From an uncultured Candidatus Rokubacteria bacterium (GTDB taxonomy: Bacteria > Methylomirabilota > Methylomirabilia > Rokubacteriales > CSP1-6): DNA of 64,000 bases. The translations under genes were made by a program, and so were the position numbers. The notes below the pieces were generated by a model that saw nothing but the letters and a program-made list of their open reading frames with translations, did not search any database and was not told the DNA's origin. The stretch covers positions 224,001 through 288,000 of the forward strand of contig CAVYTA010000005.1 of assembly GCA_963771355.1 (NCBI GenBank). Reading direction: 5' to 3'. Below are positions 29,249 through 39,155 of this stretch, piece by piece. Positions within the stretch are counted from its first letter, which is position 1; each line of letters opens with the position of its first letter.

Positions 29249-30645
29249 GCCTCGACCCGGTCTTCATGCCGGTGCGCGAGCTGGCGGACCACGTGCGCGC
29301 CCGGCGCGTCTCGCCGGTGGCGCTCGCGGAGACCTTCCTCGACCGGCTGGAGAAGATCGGCCCGCGCTACAACGCCGTCGTCACCGTGACGCGCGACCGC
29401 GCCATGGCGGAGGCGCGGCGGGCGGAGGGCGAGATCGCCGCCGGCCGCTACCGTGGCCCGCTGCACGGCATCCCCTATGGCGCCAAGGACCTTCTCGCCA
29501 CCGGCGGCGGCATCCCGACCACCTGGGGCGCGGCGCCGTTCCGCGAGCAGCGTTTCGCGGAAGACGCCACCGTGATCCAGCGGCTCGAGGCCGCCGGCGC
29601 CGTGCTCTGCGCCAAGCTCGCCATGATCGAGCTGGCGGGCGGCATGGGCTATCGCCAGCCCGTCGCCTCCTTCACCGGGCCCTGCCTCACGCCGTGGAAT
29701 CGGGAGGCGTGGAGTGGAGGCTCATCCTCGGGCTCGGGGGCGGCCGTCTCCGCGGGGCTGGTCCCGTTCGCCATCGGATCGGAGACCTGGGGGTCCATTC
29801 TCTCGCCCGGCGGCAATTGCGGCGTGGCGGGTCTGCGGCCGTCCTATGGCCGCGTGAGCCGGCACGGGGCGATGGCGCTGTGCTGGACGCTGGACAAGCT
29901 GGGCCCGCTGGCCCTGACCGCCGACGACTGCGGCCTCGTGCTGGAGGCCATCGCGGGCGCCGACGCGGCGGACCCCACCACGAGCCCGCGGAGCTTTCGA
30001 TACGAGTCGACGCCGGGCGTGCGGCGGTTCCGCTTCGGCGTGCTGGCAGGCGCGCTCGACGGCGTGAGCGACGACATGCGCACGGCGTACGACCGCTCGC
30101 TGGACGTCCTGCGGGACTTCGGCACCATCGAGGACGCGGCGCTGCCGGATCTTCCCTGGGAGGCGGCCACGCGCATCATCCTCCAGGCGGAGGCGGCGAG
30201 CGCCTTCGAGGACCTCATCGAGAGCGGCGGCATCGCCGGCCTCACCGCACCCGAGGACCACTTCCTGCCGTACGCGCGCGACGCGGTGCTGGCCAAGGAC
30301 TACGTGAAGGCCATGCGGATCCGCGGCCTCATGGCCCGCGAGGCGGACCGGCTCTTCGAGCGCTTCGACGTGCTCGTCGCCCCCGGCCGCCTCACCGTGG
30401 CCACCGCGCTCGACCAGGAGTTCCGCGGCGGCATGCGCGGCACCGCGCGCGACGTCATGGGCGCGGTGGGCAATGGCGCGGGACTCCCCGGCCTCATCGT
30501 GCCCAACGGCTTCGGCGACCGTGGGCTACCCACGAGCCTCCAGTTCCTCGGCCGCGCGTGGGAGGAGAACACGCTGCTCACCGCGGGCCGCGAGTATCAG
30601 GCGCGCACGGCCTGGCACACGCAGCATCCCGCCGTGGAGGCCTGA
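29245..30645 (+). CDS. amidase-signature family enzyme
   Basis: GPLHGIPYGAKD, GGSSSGS, GSETWGSI. Confidence 0.93.
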   Translation: MSLDPVFMPVRELADHVRARRVSPVALAETFLDRLEKIGPRYNAVVTVTRDRAMAEARRAEGEIAAGRYRGPLHGIPYGAKDLLATGGGIPTTWGAAPFREQRFAEDATVIQRLEAAGAVLCAKLAMIELAGGMGYRQPVASFTGPCLTPWNREAWSGGSSSGSGAAVSAGLVPFAIGSETWGSILSPGGNCGVAGLRPSYGRVSRHGAMALCWTLDKLGPLALTADDCGLVLEAIAGADAADPTTSPRSFRYESTPGVRRFRFGVLAGALDGVSDDMRTAYDRSLDVLRDFGTIEDAALPDLPWEAATRIILQAEAASAFEDLIESGGIAGLTAPEDHFLPYARDAVLAKDYVKAMRIRGLMAREADRLFERFDVLVAPGRLTVATALDQEFRGGMRGTARDVMGAVGNGAGLPGLIVPNGFGDRGLPTSLQFLGRAWEENTLLTAGREYQARTAWHTQHPAVEA

Positions 30646-30703
30646 CCGCTCTTTCTCAACGAGACGCCGTCCGCGTCCGCGGGCGGCCGACAAGGAGCCC
30701 ATC

Positions 30704-31162
30704 ATGCTGGTCGTGGAGACGCCGCAGGACCTCAGCAAGCACATCGGGGAGACGCTGGGCCCGTCGGCCTGGATCACGGTGGACCAGGCCACGATCGACA
30801 AGTTCGCCGAGGCCACCGGCGACCACCAGTGGATCCACGTGGACGTCGAGCGCGCCAAGCGCGAGCTGCCGGGCGGCAAGACCATCGCCCACGGCTACCT
30901 CACGCTGTCGCTCCTCCCGCGGATGATGCCGGAGCTGCTCAAGGTGACCAAGCGCTCGCGCGGCGTGAACTACGGCTCCAACAAGGTGCGCTTCGTCAGC
31001 CCGGTCCCCGCCGGCGCCCGCGTGCGCCTCCGCTCCACCATCAAGAACGTCGAGCCCGTCGAGGGCAACGGCGTCCGCATCACCTTCGAGGCCGTCATCG
31101 AAGTCGAAGGCCAGCAGCGGCCCGCCATGGTCGCGGAGACGCTCGGCATCCAGTACGCGTAG
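30704..31162 (+). CDS. MaoC-family dehydratase
   Basis: FAEATGDHQWIHVD, TIAHGYLTLSL, NYGSNKVRF. Confidence 0.92.
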   Translation: MLVVETPQDLSKHIGETLGPSAWITVDQATIDKFAEATGDHQWIHVDVERAKRELPGGKTIAHGYLTLSLLPRMMPELLKVTKRSRGVNYGSNKVRFVSPVPAGARVRLRSTIKNVEPVEGNGVRITFEAVIEVEGQQRPAMVAETLGIQYA

Positions 31163-31188
31163 CTCGTACGCGTAGCGCCCGGCTCCAT

Positions 31189-31343
31189 GGATCGGGCGCC
31201 GGGGGGGCGGGCGGGTCCAGTCGACCACGGCGTTTGCGTGCGCTTCTACCGCCTGGGACTGGGCTCCACCGACGCGCGGGGTTCGAGTTGGGGTTGGAGG
31301 GGAACGGGTCTCCTGACCCGCCCGCCCCCCCGACACCCGATCC
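31189..31343 (-). repeat. structured element, copy 1 (29-bp stem enclosing an 89-nt conserved core)
   Basis: Arms 31189-31217 and 31315-31343 pair, with two G-U pairs on the minus strand; core 31222-31310. Confidence 0.8.
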
Positions 31344-31466
31344 CGCTCCCGGTCCCTATCCATTCAGTACGCACAAGGGTAGGGCGCGGGCGGGCGCTGC
31401 GGATCAGGACGGCAAGGGTAAGGGAGTGGGGGAGGGCGGGTGCTGTGGTTCAGGACGCCCAGGGGA

Positions 31467-31616
31467 GGGAGTGGGGGCAGGGGGCGGCGGGGTCAGCGAC
31501 CCGTTCCCCTCCGACCGCAACTCGAATCCCGCGCGTCGGTGGAGCCCAGCCGCGGCGGGTAGAAGCGCACGCAAACGCCGTGGTCGCGGACCCCGCCGCC
31601 CCCTGCCCCCACTCCC
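31467..31616 (+). repeat. structured element, copy 2 (perfect 28-bp stem enclosing the same core, inverted relative to copy 1)
   Basis: Arms 31467-31494 and 31589-31616 are exact reverse complements; core 31498-31586 matches copy 1 at 81/89 positions by manual count. Confidence 0.8.
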
Positions 31617-31642
31617 GGGCCGGGTCGGGTCGGGTCGCATAG

Positions 31643-32155
31643 CTACCGCGTGTCGTTCATCCCCAGCGCCCGCTCGATCGCCACCACGTCCGTCGGCCGG
31701 TCGAACGGCGCCGGCGCGGGCTCGCCCGCCGCGCGCGGGCGGCCGATGGAGCGGAAGAACTCCTCGAGGCCGTGGGGGGCCACGATCCACATCATGACGA
31801 GCTCGTCCGCACTCTCGTTGATGATCTCGTGCTTGACGTCCATGCCGAGGAAGCAGGCGGTGCCGGGCACCAGGGGATGGTTCTGCCCGTCCACCACCAC
31901 GCGGCCCTTCCCGCGGAAGCAGATCTGCAGCTCCACCTGATCGCCGTGCGAGTGCTCGCGCACCCGTCCGCCCGGCGCGATGGTCTGGTAGCCCATGGAG
32001 AGCCCGCTGAAGCGCGTCTTGTCCGGAGAGAGCGCGGGATCCGCGTGCCCGTTCGCCGGCACCGGCTGCCAGTAGGACGGGCCCTCGCCGGGCTGCACGA
32101 CCACGGCGTGCCCGCGGTGCGGCTCGCGCCCGCTGGCGGCGCCCGACGCGCTCAC
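31643..32155 (-). CDS. cupin domain protein
   Basis: REHSH...E.......G.G and KHEIIN cupin motifs; GTGA overlap with the upstream gene. Confidence 0.85.
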   Translation of the reverse strand: MSASGAASGREPHRGHAVVVQPGEGPSYWQPVPANGHADPALSPDKTRFSGLSMGYQTIAPGGRVREHSHGDQVELQICFRGKGRVVVDGQNHPLVPGTACFLGMDVKHEIINESADELVMMWIVAPHGLEEFFRSIGRPRAAGEPAPAPFDRPTDVVAIERALGMNDTR

Positions 32156-33201
32156 TTGGCGCCTCCGAGCACGGCGCGGGCGACCTCGAGGGTCTGCTCG
32201 ACCTGGGCCGCGCTCACGTCGAGATGGGTGACGGCGCGAATCGTCTTCGCCCCCATGGCGCCCATCCGGATTCCACGGGCGAGCAGGCGCTCGACCACGG
32301 TGGGCGCGTCCAGCGGGCCGGTGAGGTCGAAGAAGACCAGGTTGGTCTCCACCGACGCGGGGTCGAGACGGACGCCGGGCAGCGCGGCCAGTCCCTCCGC
32401 GAGGCGCCGGGCATTGGCGTGGTCCTCGGCCAGGCGCTTGACGTGGTGGCGGAGGGCGTAGACGCCGCCCGCGGCGATGATTCCGGCCTGGCGCATGGCG
32501 CCCCCCATCTGCTGCTTGAGCCGCCAGGCTTCCGTGATGAACTCGCGGGAGCCCGCCAGCGCGGCCCCCACCGGTGCGCCCAGCCCCTTGGTGAAGTCGA
32601 TCCACGTCGAGTCGAAGGGCGCGGCAAAGTCCCGCGCGGCCACGCCGCTGGCGACCACCGCGTTCATGAGCCGGGCGCCGTCCATGTGGGTCTTGAGGCC
32701 GCGGCGTCTGGCCACCTCCGTCACCGCCTCGATCTGCCGGAGCGGCCAGATGCTGCCGCCCCCCAGATTCGCCGTCTGCTCCACCCAGAGGAGCCGGCTC
32801 CGCGGGAAGTAGCGCACCTCGGGCGCCCGGATGGCGGCCTCCACGGTGGCGGCGTCGAACTGGCCGCGCGGACCGTCCACCGCCTGCACGTTCACGCCGG
32901 CCAGCGCGCCGGGCCCGCCCGACTCGAAGTGGATGGGGTGCGCGGTGCGATGCGCGATCATCTCCTCGCCCGGCCGGCAGTGGACGCGGATGGCGATCTC
33001 GTTGCACATGGTGCCCGAGGGCAGGAAGACCGCGGCCTCCTTGCCCAGGAGCTCGGCCACCATCTCCTGGAGGAGGTTGACGGTCGGGTCCTCGAACTTC
33101 TGCTCGTCGCCCACCTCCGCCTCGCACATGAAGCGGCGCATCTCGGCGGTGGGCTTGGTCAGGGTGTCGCTGTAGAGATCGACCTCGATGGTGGGCGTCA
33201 T
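32152..33201 (-). CDS. ltaE: low-specificity L-threonine aldolase
   Basis: DLYSDT.T.P, EDPTV..L, PSGTMCN, HMDGARL, FTKGLGAPVG. Confidence 0.9.
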   Translation of the reverse strand: MTPTIEVDLYSDTLTKPTAEMRRFMCEAEVGDEQKFEDPTVNLLQEMVAELLGKEAAVFLPSGTMCNEIAIRVHCRPGEEMIAHRTAHPIHFESGGPGALAGVNVQAVDGPRGQFDAATVEAAIRAPEVRYFPRSRLLWVEQTANLGGGSIWPLRQIEAVTEVARRRGLKTHMDGARLMNAVVASGVAARDFAAPFDSTWIDFTKGLGAPVGAALAGSREFITEAWRLKQQMGGAMRQAGIIAAGGVYALRHHVKRLAEDHANARRLAEGLAALPGVRLDPASVETNLVFFDLTGPLDAPTVVERLLARGIRMGAMGAKTIRAVTHLDVSAAQVEQTLEVARAVLGGAK

Positions 33202-33259
33202 GAGCGAATGATAGGCGACCGCCCCCGGCGTCGCAAGCGGCGCGGTGTAGAGTGAGGTC

Positions 33260-34064
33260 ATGGCGGTGGCGGCGCGCAAGCCCGATCTTCCGGTTCTGAT
33301 CGTCGCGCTCGCCGGCCTCGTGGTGGCGGGTTACCTCGCCTGGATCAAGTGGTCGGGCACGGGCGCGCTCTTCTGCACGGCGGGGAGCGGCTGCGACATC
33401 GTCCAGGCCAGCCGCTACGCGATCTTCCTGGGCGTGCCCACCGCGCTCTGGGGCGCGCTCGTGTACCTGGCCCTCGGGATCCTCGCGCTGCTGGGCCTCG
33501 AGGGACGGAAGTGGCGCGTGGCCGTGGTCCTGGCCTCGGGCGCCGTCGGCTTCTCCGCCTATCTCACCTTCCTCTCCATCACCCAGCTCGGGACGACGTG
33601 CCTCTACTGCCTCGTCTCGGCGGGCCTGTCCGTGCTGCTGCTGGTCGTGCTGCTCCTTCGGCGTCCGCGCGCGCCCGCCGGCGCGCGGGGCCTCCCGCTG
33701 GCCGTGCTCGGCGTCGGCGCCGGCGGTGGCCGCCATCGTGCTCGGCGCCTTCGTCTTCGCGGCGGGGCCCGCGGGCGCCACGCCGTACCAGCTCGCGCTC
33801 GCGCGCCATCTCGCCCAGTCCAAGGCAGTGTTCTACGGCGCGTACTGGTGCCCGCACTGCCAGGAGCAGAAGCACCAGTTCGGCGGAGCGGCCGGCCTCC
33901 TCCCCTATGTCGAGTGCGATCCCAAGGGGCCGAACGCGCAGCCGGAGCGCTGCGAGCGCGCGGGGGTGCGCGTCTTTCCCACCTGGGACATCGGCGGCAG
34001 CCGGCGCGAGGGCGTGCAGTCGCTGGAGGCGCTGGCCGAGGCCTCCGGCTTGCCGAAGAGCTAG
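33260..34064 (+). CDS. VKOR-thioredoxin fusion protein, frameshifted near 33725
   Basis: VKOR C..GSGC..V..S.Y and CLYC, then Trx-like YGAYWCPHC..QK..FG, YVEC, FPTW. Confidence 0.85.
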
Positions 34065-35620
34065 AGGCGCTGGGCGCCCGGCCGCCCGCTCTCCACCACG
34101 AACGAGGCGAGCGTGCCGATCGCCGTTCTCGGATCCACCGCATTCTCCAGCGCGCGTAGCTCGGTGAGCCAGCGCTCCGGCGTCACCGTGCAGCGCACAT
34201 AGCCCCGCGGCCGGCTGTCGAAGAAGCGCACGTGCGGATTGTCCGGCAGCAGCCGGGCGACGCGGTCGTAGGGAATCCCGGGCGAGCTGATCGAGGTGCC
34301 GACGAACTCGGTCGCCACCACCGGCGCCGACTCGGTGAAGTCCACCTTGAGGTCCGTGACCCAGTAGGAATGGATGTCTCCTCCGATCACGACGGGGTTG
34401 GGCACCCGCCGGTCGCGGAGCTGCGCGAGCACGCGCTGCCGCGCGTCCGCATAGCCGTCCCAGCCGTCCGTCCAGTAGGCTTCCGCGCCGGCTCGGTTGC
34501 GCTGGCGTAGCTGGGCCATGAGCTGCTGCTGGGCCAGGATCGTCCAGCGCGACCGGGCGCGGCCGAGGCCTTCGAACAGCCATTGCTCCTGCGCGGCGCC
34601 CAGTCGCGTCTGGGCGGGATCCAGGCGGGCCGCGCAGTCCGTCACCAGCTGGCCGCCGCCGGGCCGCCCTTCGCCGCAGGCCTGCACGGCGCGATACTGC
34701 CGGCCGTCGAGCACGAAGAAGTTCGCCAGCGTTCCCCAGCCGAGGTCGCGATAGAGCCGCATGTCGGGACCGTGGGGCAGGGTGGAGCGCCGCAAGGGCA
34801 TGTGCTCGTAGTACGCCTGGTAGGCGCCCGCGCGCCGGCGCCGGAAGGCTCCGGGATCGTCGCGGTGCTGCGACCGGTCGCTGGCGTAGTCGTTCGAGAC
34901 CTCGTGATCGTCCCAGGTGACGACCCAGGGATAGGCGGCATGCGCGGCCTGCAGATCGGGGTCGGTCTTGTAGAGCGCGTGGCGGCGGCGATAGCCGTCG
35001 AGGTCGGTGGCCTCGGGGAGATCGTGGCGGCGCACGGGCGGAGTCTTCGCCGAGGTCTCGTAGATGTAGTCGCCCAGGTGCACGACGAGGTCGAGGTTGT
35101 CGGACAGCATGTGGTGATAGGCCGCGTAGTGGCCGAACTCCCAGTGCTGGCAGGACGCGAAGGCGAAGCGGAGGCGCTCGGGACGGGTGTCCGGCCGCGG
35201 CGCCGTGCGGGTGCGCGCCACACGCGAGACCTCGTCCCCCACGTGGAAGCGGTACCAGTACCAGCGCGCGGGCTCGAGTCCCTGCAGCTCCACGTGGACG
35301 GAGTGGGCGAGGTCCGCGGTGGCCACGCTCGTTCCCTTCTGCACGATGCGCTGCATGCGCTCGTCCTCGGCCACCTCCCAGCCCACCGTCACCGGATCCG
35401 GCCCCATGCCGCCGTCGCGCTTGAGCGGCTCGGGGGCCAGCCGCGTCCAGAGCACCACGCCGTCGGGTCGCGGGTCGCCCGACGCGACGCCGAGCTTGAA
35501 GGGATGGTCGGAGAAACGGGCTCTGGCCCGGGCGCATCCGGCCAGGGTATGGCCCGTCAGGGCCAGGGTCGCGAGCGCTCCGGCGCCGGACAGGAGCTCG
35601 CGGCGGGTCAGCATGACCAT
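34061..35620 (-). CDS. phoD: alkaline phosphatase D, Tat-exported
   Basis: TRRELL signal, GVASGDP, HLGDYIYE, WDDHEV.ND, DGWDGY, GDIH. Confidence 0.93.
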   Translation of the reverse strand: MVMLTRRELLSGAGALATLALTGHTLAGCARARARFSDHPFKLGVASGDPRPDGVVLWTRLAPEPLKRDGGMGPDPVTVGWEVAEDERMQRIVQKGTSVATADLAHSVHVELQGLEPARWYWYRFHVGDEVSRVARTRTAPRPDTRPERLRFAFASCQHWEFGHYAAYHHMLSDNLDLVVHLGDYIYETSAKTPPVRRHDLPEATDLDGYRRRHALYKTDPDLQAAHAAYPWVVTWDDHEVSNDYASDRSQHRDDPGAFRRRRAGAYQAYYEHMPLRRSTLPHGPDMRLYRDLGWGTLANFFVLDGRQYRAVQACGEGRPGGGQLVTDCAARLDPAQTRLGAAQEQWLFEGLGRARSRWTILAQQQLMAQLRQRNRAGAEAYWTDGWDGYADARQRVLAQLRDRRVPNPVVIGGDIHSYWVTDLKVDFTESAPVVATEFVGTSISSPGIPYDRVARLLPDNPHVRFFDSRPRGYVRCTVTPERWLTELRALENAVDPRTAIGTLASFVVESGRPGAQRL

Positions 35621-35738
35621 GTCGCCAATCTTAACGCGGTGTCATCTCCTCGACGGCATGAGCTGGGGTGCAAGCTTTCTGCAACGGGGAAACACCGGAA
35701 ATGAAGGCAATGCGCCATTCGTGACGGGGCGTCTTCGA

Positions 35739-35754
35739 TGGCACCCGCCGTGCA
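35739..35754 (+). promoter_or_regulatory. sigma-54 promoter of the pilin gene
   Basis: TGGCACC-CGCC-GTGCA, about 55 nt before the ATG. Confidence 0.6.
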
Positions 35755-35810
35755 TACGGTCGCGGCGTCTCAGTGTCCGAGTCCTGTCTCTCACCTCAGG
35801 AGGACCCTTC

Positions 35811-36215
35811 ATGATCGAAGCACGCCGTCCCATGTCTTGCCGGCTCACGGGCGCACGCGGCTTCACCCTGATCGAGCTGATGATCGTCGTGGCGATCATC
35901 GGCATCCTCGCCGCGATCGCCATCCCGCTCTACGCGAACATCCAGGCCCGAGCCCGGATCGCGAAAGCACAGGCGGACGCGCGGACCCTGGTCTCCGCCG
36001 TGAGCATCTATTCGGCCCACATGGGCACACTCCCCGCGGCGCTCAGCGCCCTGAACTCGGTGGCGACGAACAGCATGGGGCAGACCGCCGGGCCCTTCAT
36101 GGCTTCGACCCCGGCCCCGCCGGCGGGCTGGACGGCCTATGGCTATACCTCGACGGCGGGCGGCACGTTCACCGTCTCGACCAGCGGCGACGCCACCACC
36201 GTGAGCCTCCCCTAG
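35811..36215 (+). CDS. type IV pilin / prepilin-type protein
   Basis: G|FTLIELMIVVAIIGILAAIAIP class III signal; AGGAGG RBS. Confidence 0.92.
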   Translation: MIEARRPMSCRLTGARGFTLIELMIVVAIIGILAAIAIPLYANIQARARIAKAQADARTLVSAVSIYSAHMGTLPAALSALNSVATNSMGQTAGPFMASTPAPPAGWTAYGYTSTAGGTFTVSTSGDATTVSLP

Positions 36216-36237
36216 GCGGCTGCTGTAAGCTAGAAGC

Positions 36238-36738
36238 ATGCGGTACGGCGCGGGCGCGATGATCCTCGTCTCGATGGCGCTGCTCTCCGGGTGCGCGACC
36301 TCGTCCGGCCTCCGGTACAAGCCGGAGCCGCCGGGCGTGGGCGCGTCCATCTCCGCCGACTACATGGTGCTCGTCGACCGCGTCCGGGTCGAGATCGACA
36401 CGCGCGGCGCCCGCCTGGAGGACATCCAGATCCTCATGCCGGACGGATCCGCCATCCGTCCCCAGACCATCGAGTACCCCGCCTTCCGCACCGATAGCGG
36501 CGTGAGCTTCGGGATCGGGGTGGGTGGGGGCGGATACAGGGGCGGCGGCGGCGGAGTCGGGACGGGTGTCGGCGTGGGCACCACCATGCCCGTGGGCGAC
36601 ACTCGCGCCGACGGCAATACGGTGGCGTATTTCCCCCTCGACCAGGTGGGGCCGGCCCCGTGGCGCGTGCGCACCCAGCTCACCGGACTGGGGCCGGCGT
36701 TCTTCGTGCTCGGAGGCAATACGGGCGCGACCAAGTAA
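36238..36738 (+). CDS. hypothetical lipoprotein with a Gly-rich segment
   Basis: Lipobox LSGC; GIGVGGGG..GVGVG. Confidence 0.7.
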   Translation: MRYGAGAMILVSMALLSGCATSSGLRYKPEPPGVGASISADYMVLVDRVRVEIDTRGARLEDIQILMPDGSAIRPQTIEYPAFRTDSGVSFGIGVGGGGYRGGGGGVGTGVGVGTTMPVGDTRADGNTVAYFPLDQVGPAPWRVRTQLTGLGPAFFVLGGNTGATK

Positions 36739-36821
36739 CCGTACCCGAACGCGATGCGGGCGCGACGACCTCGTCGCGCCCGCGCGTTCTCGCTTTCGCC
36801 GCCCTCGAACTCCCGCGCGAT

Positions 36822-37253
36822 CTACCGTCCGCTGAGGACGAGCACCGGAACCGACGACTTCCGTCGCAGCCCGCTGGCCAGGGAGCCGTAGAGCCGGCCG
36901 AACCAGCCACGGCGCGGCTCGGTGACCGCCACCAGATCAGCGCCGAAGGCTTCCGCTTCCTCGGCGATCTCGTCCGCAGGCTCACCGAAGCGCACCACCG
37001 ACTCCACCGGGACGCCCTGCAGGTGGGCCTGGGCGCCGCGCAGGTAGTCGAGCCGGCTGAAGGTGATGCGCTCCATCTCCTGGCTCTCGTACGCCACGAC
37101 GCGGCCGTAGTCGCCGAGCTTCTGCTCGGGAAGCCGGGCCACGTTCAGGAGCCGGACGGTTGCGCCGCTACTGCGGGCGATATCGGCCACGAGGGGCAGG
37201 ACAGCCTCCGCATGCTCACTTCGATCCAGCGGAACCAGAATTCGCTTTGCCAT
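36822..37253 (-). CDS. universal stress protein
   Basis: KRILVPLD.S, GEPADEI..A...ADLV, VPVLVL. Confidence 0.9.
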   Translation of the reverse strand: MAKRILVPLDRSEHAEAVLPLVADIARSSGATVRLLNVARLPEQKLGDYGRVVAYESQEMERITFSRLDYLRGAQAHLQGVPVESVVRFGEPADEIAEEAEAFGADLVAVTEPRRGWFGRLYGSLASGLRRKSSVPVLVLSGR

Positions 37254-37381
37254 ATGATTGCACCTCCCTCTTCCGCCTCTTTAGAGGGACGCGCGCCCGC
37301 GAGGGATTCCCCTCTTATTAGGGGGAATTCATCGGAATCTCCGCCCTGGCCTCCCGCATCGGAAGGGTGGAGGTGGCTGTC

Positions 37382-37744
37382 ATGGAAGCGATACTCGTAG
37401 GACTCCTGGTGCTGGCCATGGTGGTAGTGCCTCTCGCCGTGTCGGTCTGGTCTGACCGCCGGCGCGAGCAGGCCGACGTCGTCGCGGCCGCGGCCCGTTC
37501 AGCCGTACGACAGCGGCTCGAAGGTGACGCTTTTGTGACGGTGGACGTGACGGCACCGACGCCGTGGGCGGTGGGCCGCGTGGTGCTCGCCGCGCCGGCC
37601 GGATATGGCTGGATGGTGGAGCGCTCGTGGGCCGCGGTCGCTCAGCGGGTGCCCGCGGATTATGAGCTGGTGGTGCACGCCGCGCCCATTTCGGCCAAGC
37701 CGGGCTTGTCGGTCGGCGACACGGCGCTTCGCCGCGCCGCCTGA
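37382..37744 (+). CDS. hypothetical membrane-anchored protein
   Basis: GGAGG RBS, N-terminal TM helix followed by DRRRE. Confidence 0.65.
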   Translation: MEAILVGLLVLAMVVVPLAVSVWSDRRREQADVVAAAARSAVRQRLEGDAFVTVDVTAPTPWAVGRVVLAAPAGYGWMVERSWAAVAQRVPADYELVVHAAPISAKPGLSVGDTALRRAA

Positions 37745-37808
37745 TCCGACGGAGCCGATCCCGCCGGCCTGACACGCGGGGCGGGCCGCCGATGCGGTCC
37801 GCCCCGCC

Positions 37809-39155
37809 GTGCTACCATCCGACTCTGTGGCCGATTCCGTGGCCGATTCCGTGGCGAACTCCGGGACCGTCGCCGTGAAGGACTCTGCCGGTCCCGCGCT
37901 CCGCGTCGTCGCGCTTCTCTCCGCTCTCACCGCGGTCAGCCAGTTCTATCGCGCCTCGCTCTCCGCCATCGCCCCCGAGGTCTCGCATGACCTCGCGCTG
38001 TCCCCCGACGCCCTCGGACTCGCCAACGGCGTCTTCTTCCTCGCGCTGGGTGTGGTGCAGCTCCCGGTGGGCATGGTCTTCGACCGCGTGGGCCCTCGCC
38101 GCACCATCGGCGCCCTCACCCTGCTCGCGGTGGCGGGCTCATTGCTCCACGCCGCCGCCACCACCGCCACTGCGCTCGTGGTGGCCCGCGCGGTGATCGG
38201 GCTCGGCTGCGCCGGGAGCTTCATGGGCGCGGTGGTGCTCTGCCATCGCTGGTACGGGGGCGCGCGCTTCACCACCGCGCTGTCGTGGATCTTCGCGCTC
38301 TCGAATCTCGGCACCCTCGCTGCCGCCACCCCGCTCGCCGCGGTCACCGAGCACGTGGGATGGCGATGGGCGTTCGTGTACGCCACCGGCGTGACGGTGC
38401 TCGTGGGCGTGCTCTTCCATCTCCTCGTTCGCGATGCGCCGCCCGGCCGGACGGCTGCCGCGCCCACCGCGGAGCGCCTCGGGGCCATCCTGCGCGGGCT
38501 CGCGCAAGTATGGCGGAGCCCCGGGCTTCCGCGCGTGCTCGCCATCCACACGTTCGCCTACGCGAGCATGATCACCGTGCTGGGGCTGTGGGCCGGGCCC
38601 TACCTCCACGACGTCCACGGCATGGACGCCATCACGCGCGGCAACGTGCTCCTCGCGATGGGGCTCGCACAGCTCGTGGGCATCCTCGCGTATGGGCCGC
38701 TCGACCGGATCTTCAACTCGCGCAAGCGCGTGGTGCTGGCGGGCGCGGTCGGCTCCGTCGTGATCCTCGGCACGCTGGCGGCGCTCTCGCGGCCCCCGGC
38801 CTGGCTCGCGGTGGTTCTGCTGGTGCTGTTCTGCCTGGTGACCGCGTACGGCGTGGTGATCGTGGCGCATGGGCGGAGCCTCTTTCCCGACGAGCTGGCG
38901 GGACGCGGCGTGACCACCGTGAACCTGGCCCAGGTGGTGGGCTGCGCGGGGCTCCCCATCCTCACCGGGGCCATCATCGCCGCCTTTCCCGCGTCCGGGG
39001 GCGGCTCGCCCGAGCTGGCGTACCGGGTCACCTTCGGCGTGATCGCGGCCGGCCTCGCCGCCGGACTCGCAGTGTACGCGGGGGCGCGCGACGTCCCGCC
39101 GCGCCCTGCGCCGCCGCCCCAACCCGACAAGGGAGGACTGACGTGGGCCCGCTGA
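37809..39155 (+). CDS. MFS transporter; start uncertain
   Basis: G.VFDRVGPRR motif A; about 12 TM segments. Confidence 0.88.
   Translation: MLPSDSVADSVADSVANSGTVAVKDSAGPALRVVALLSALTAVSQFYRASLSAIAPEVSHDLALSPDALGLANGVFFLALGVVQLPVGMVFDRVGPRRTIGALTLLAVAGSLLHAAATTATALVVARAVIGLGCAGSFMGAVVLCHRWYGGARFTTALSWIFALSNLGTLAAATPLAAVTEHVGWRWAFVYATGVTVLVGVLFHLLVRDAPPGRTAAAPTAERLGAILRGLAQVWRSPGLPRVLAIHTFAYASMITVLGLWAGPYLHDVHGMDAITRGNVLLAMGLAQLVGILAYGPLDRIFNSRKRVVLAGAVGSVVILGTLAALSRPPAWLAVVLLVLFCLVTAYGVVIVAHGRSLFPDELAGRGVTTVNLAQVVGCAGLPILTGAIIAAFPASGGGSPELAYRVTFGVIAAGLAAGLAVYAGARDVPPRPAPPPQPDKGGLTWAR

Noticed and set aside
31187..31642. 151-aa ORF across the twin-hairpin region
   Set aside because: Low-complexity translation of inverted repeats with no RBS; the RFYRLGLGS stretch only faintly recalls four-helix-bundle proteins
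37280..37345. DosR/NarL-like operator between the usp gene and the divergent gene
   Set aside because: GGGATTCCCC and GGGGAATTC half-sites are suggestive but too short and degenerate to assign
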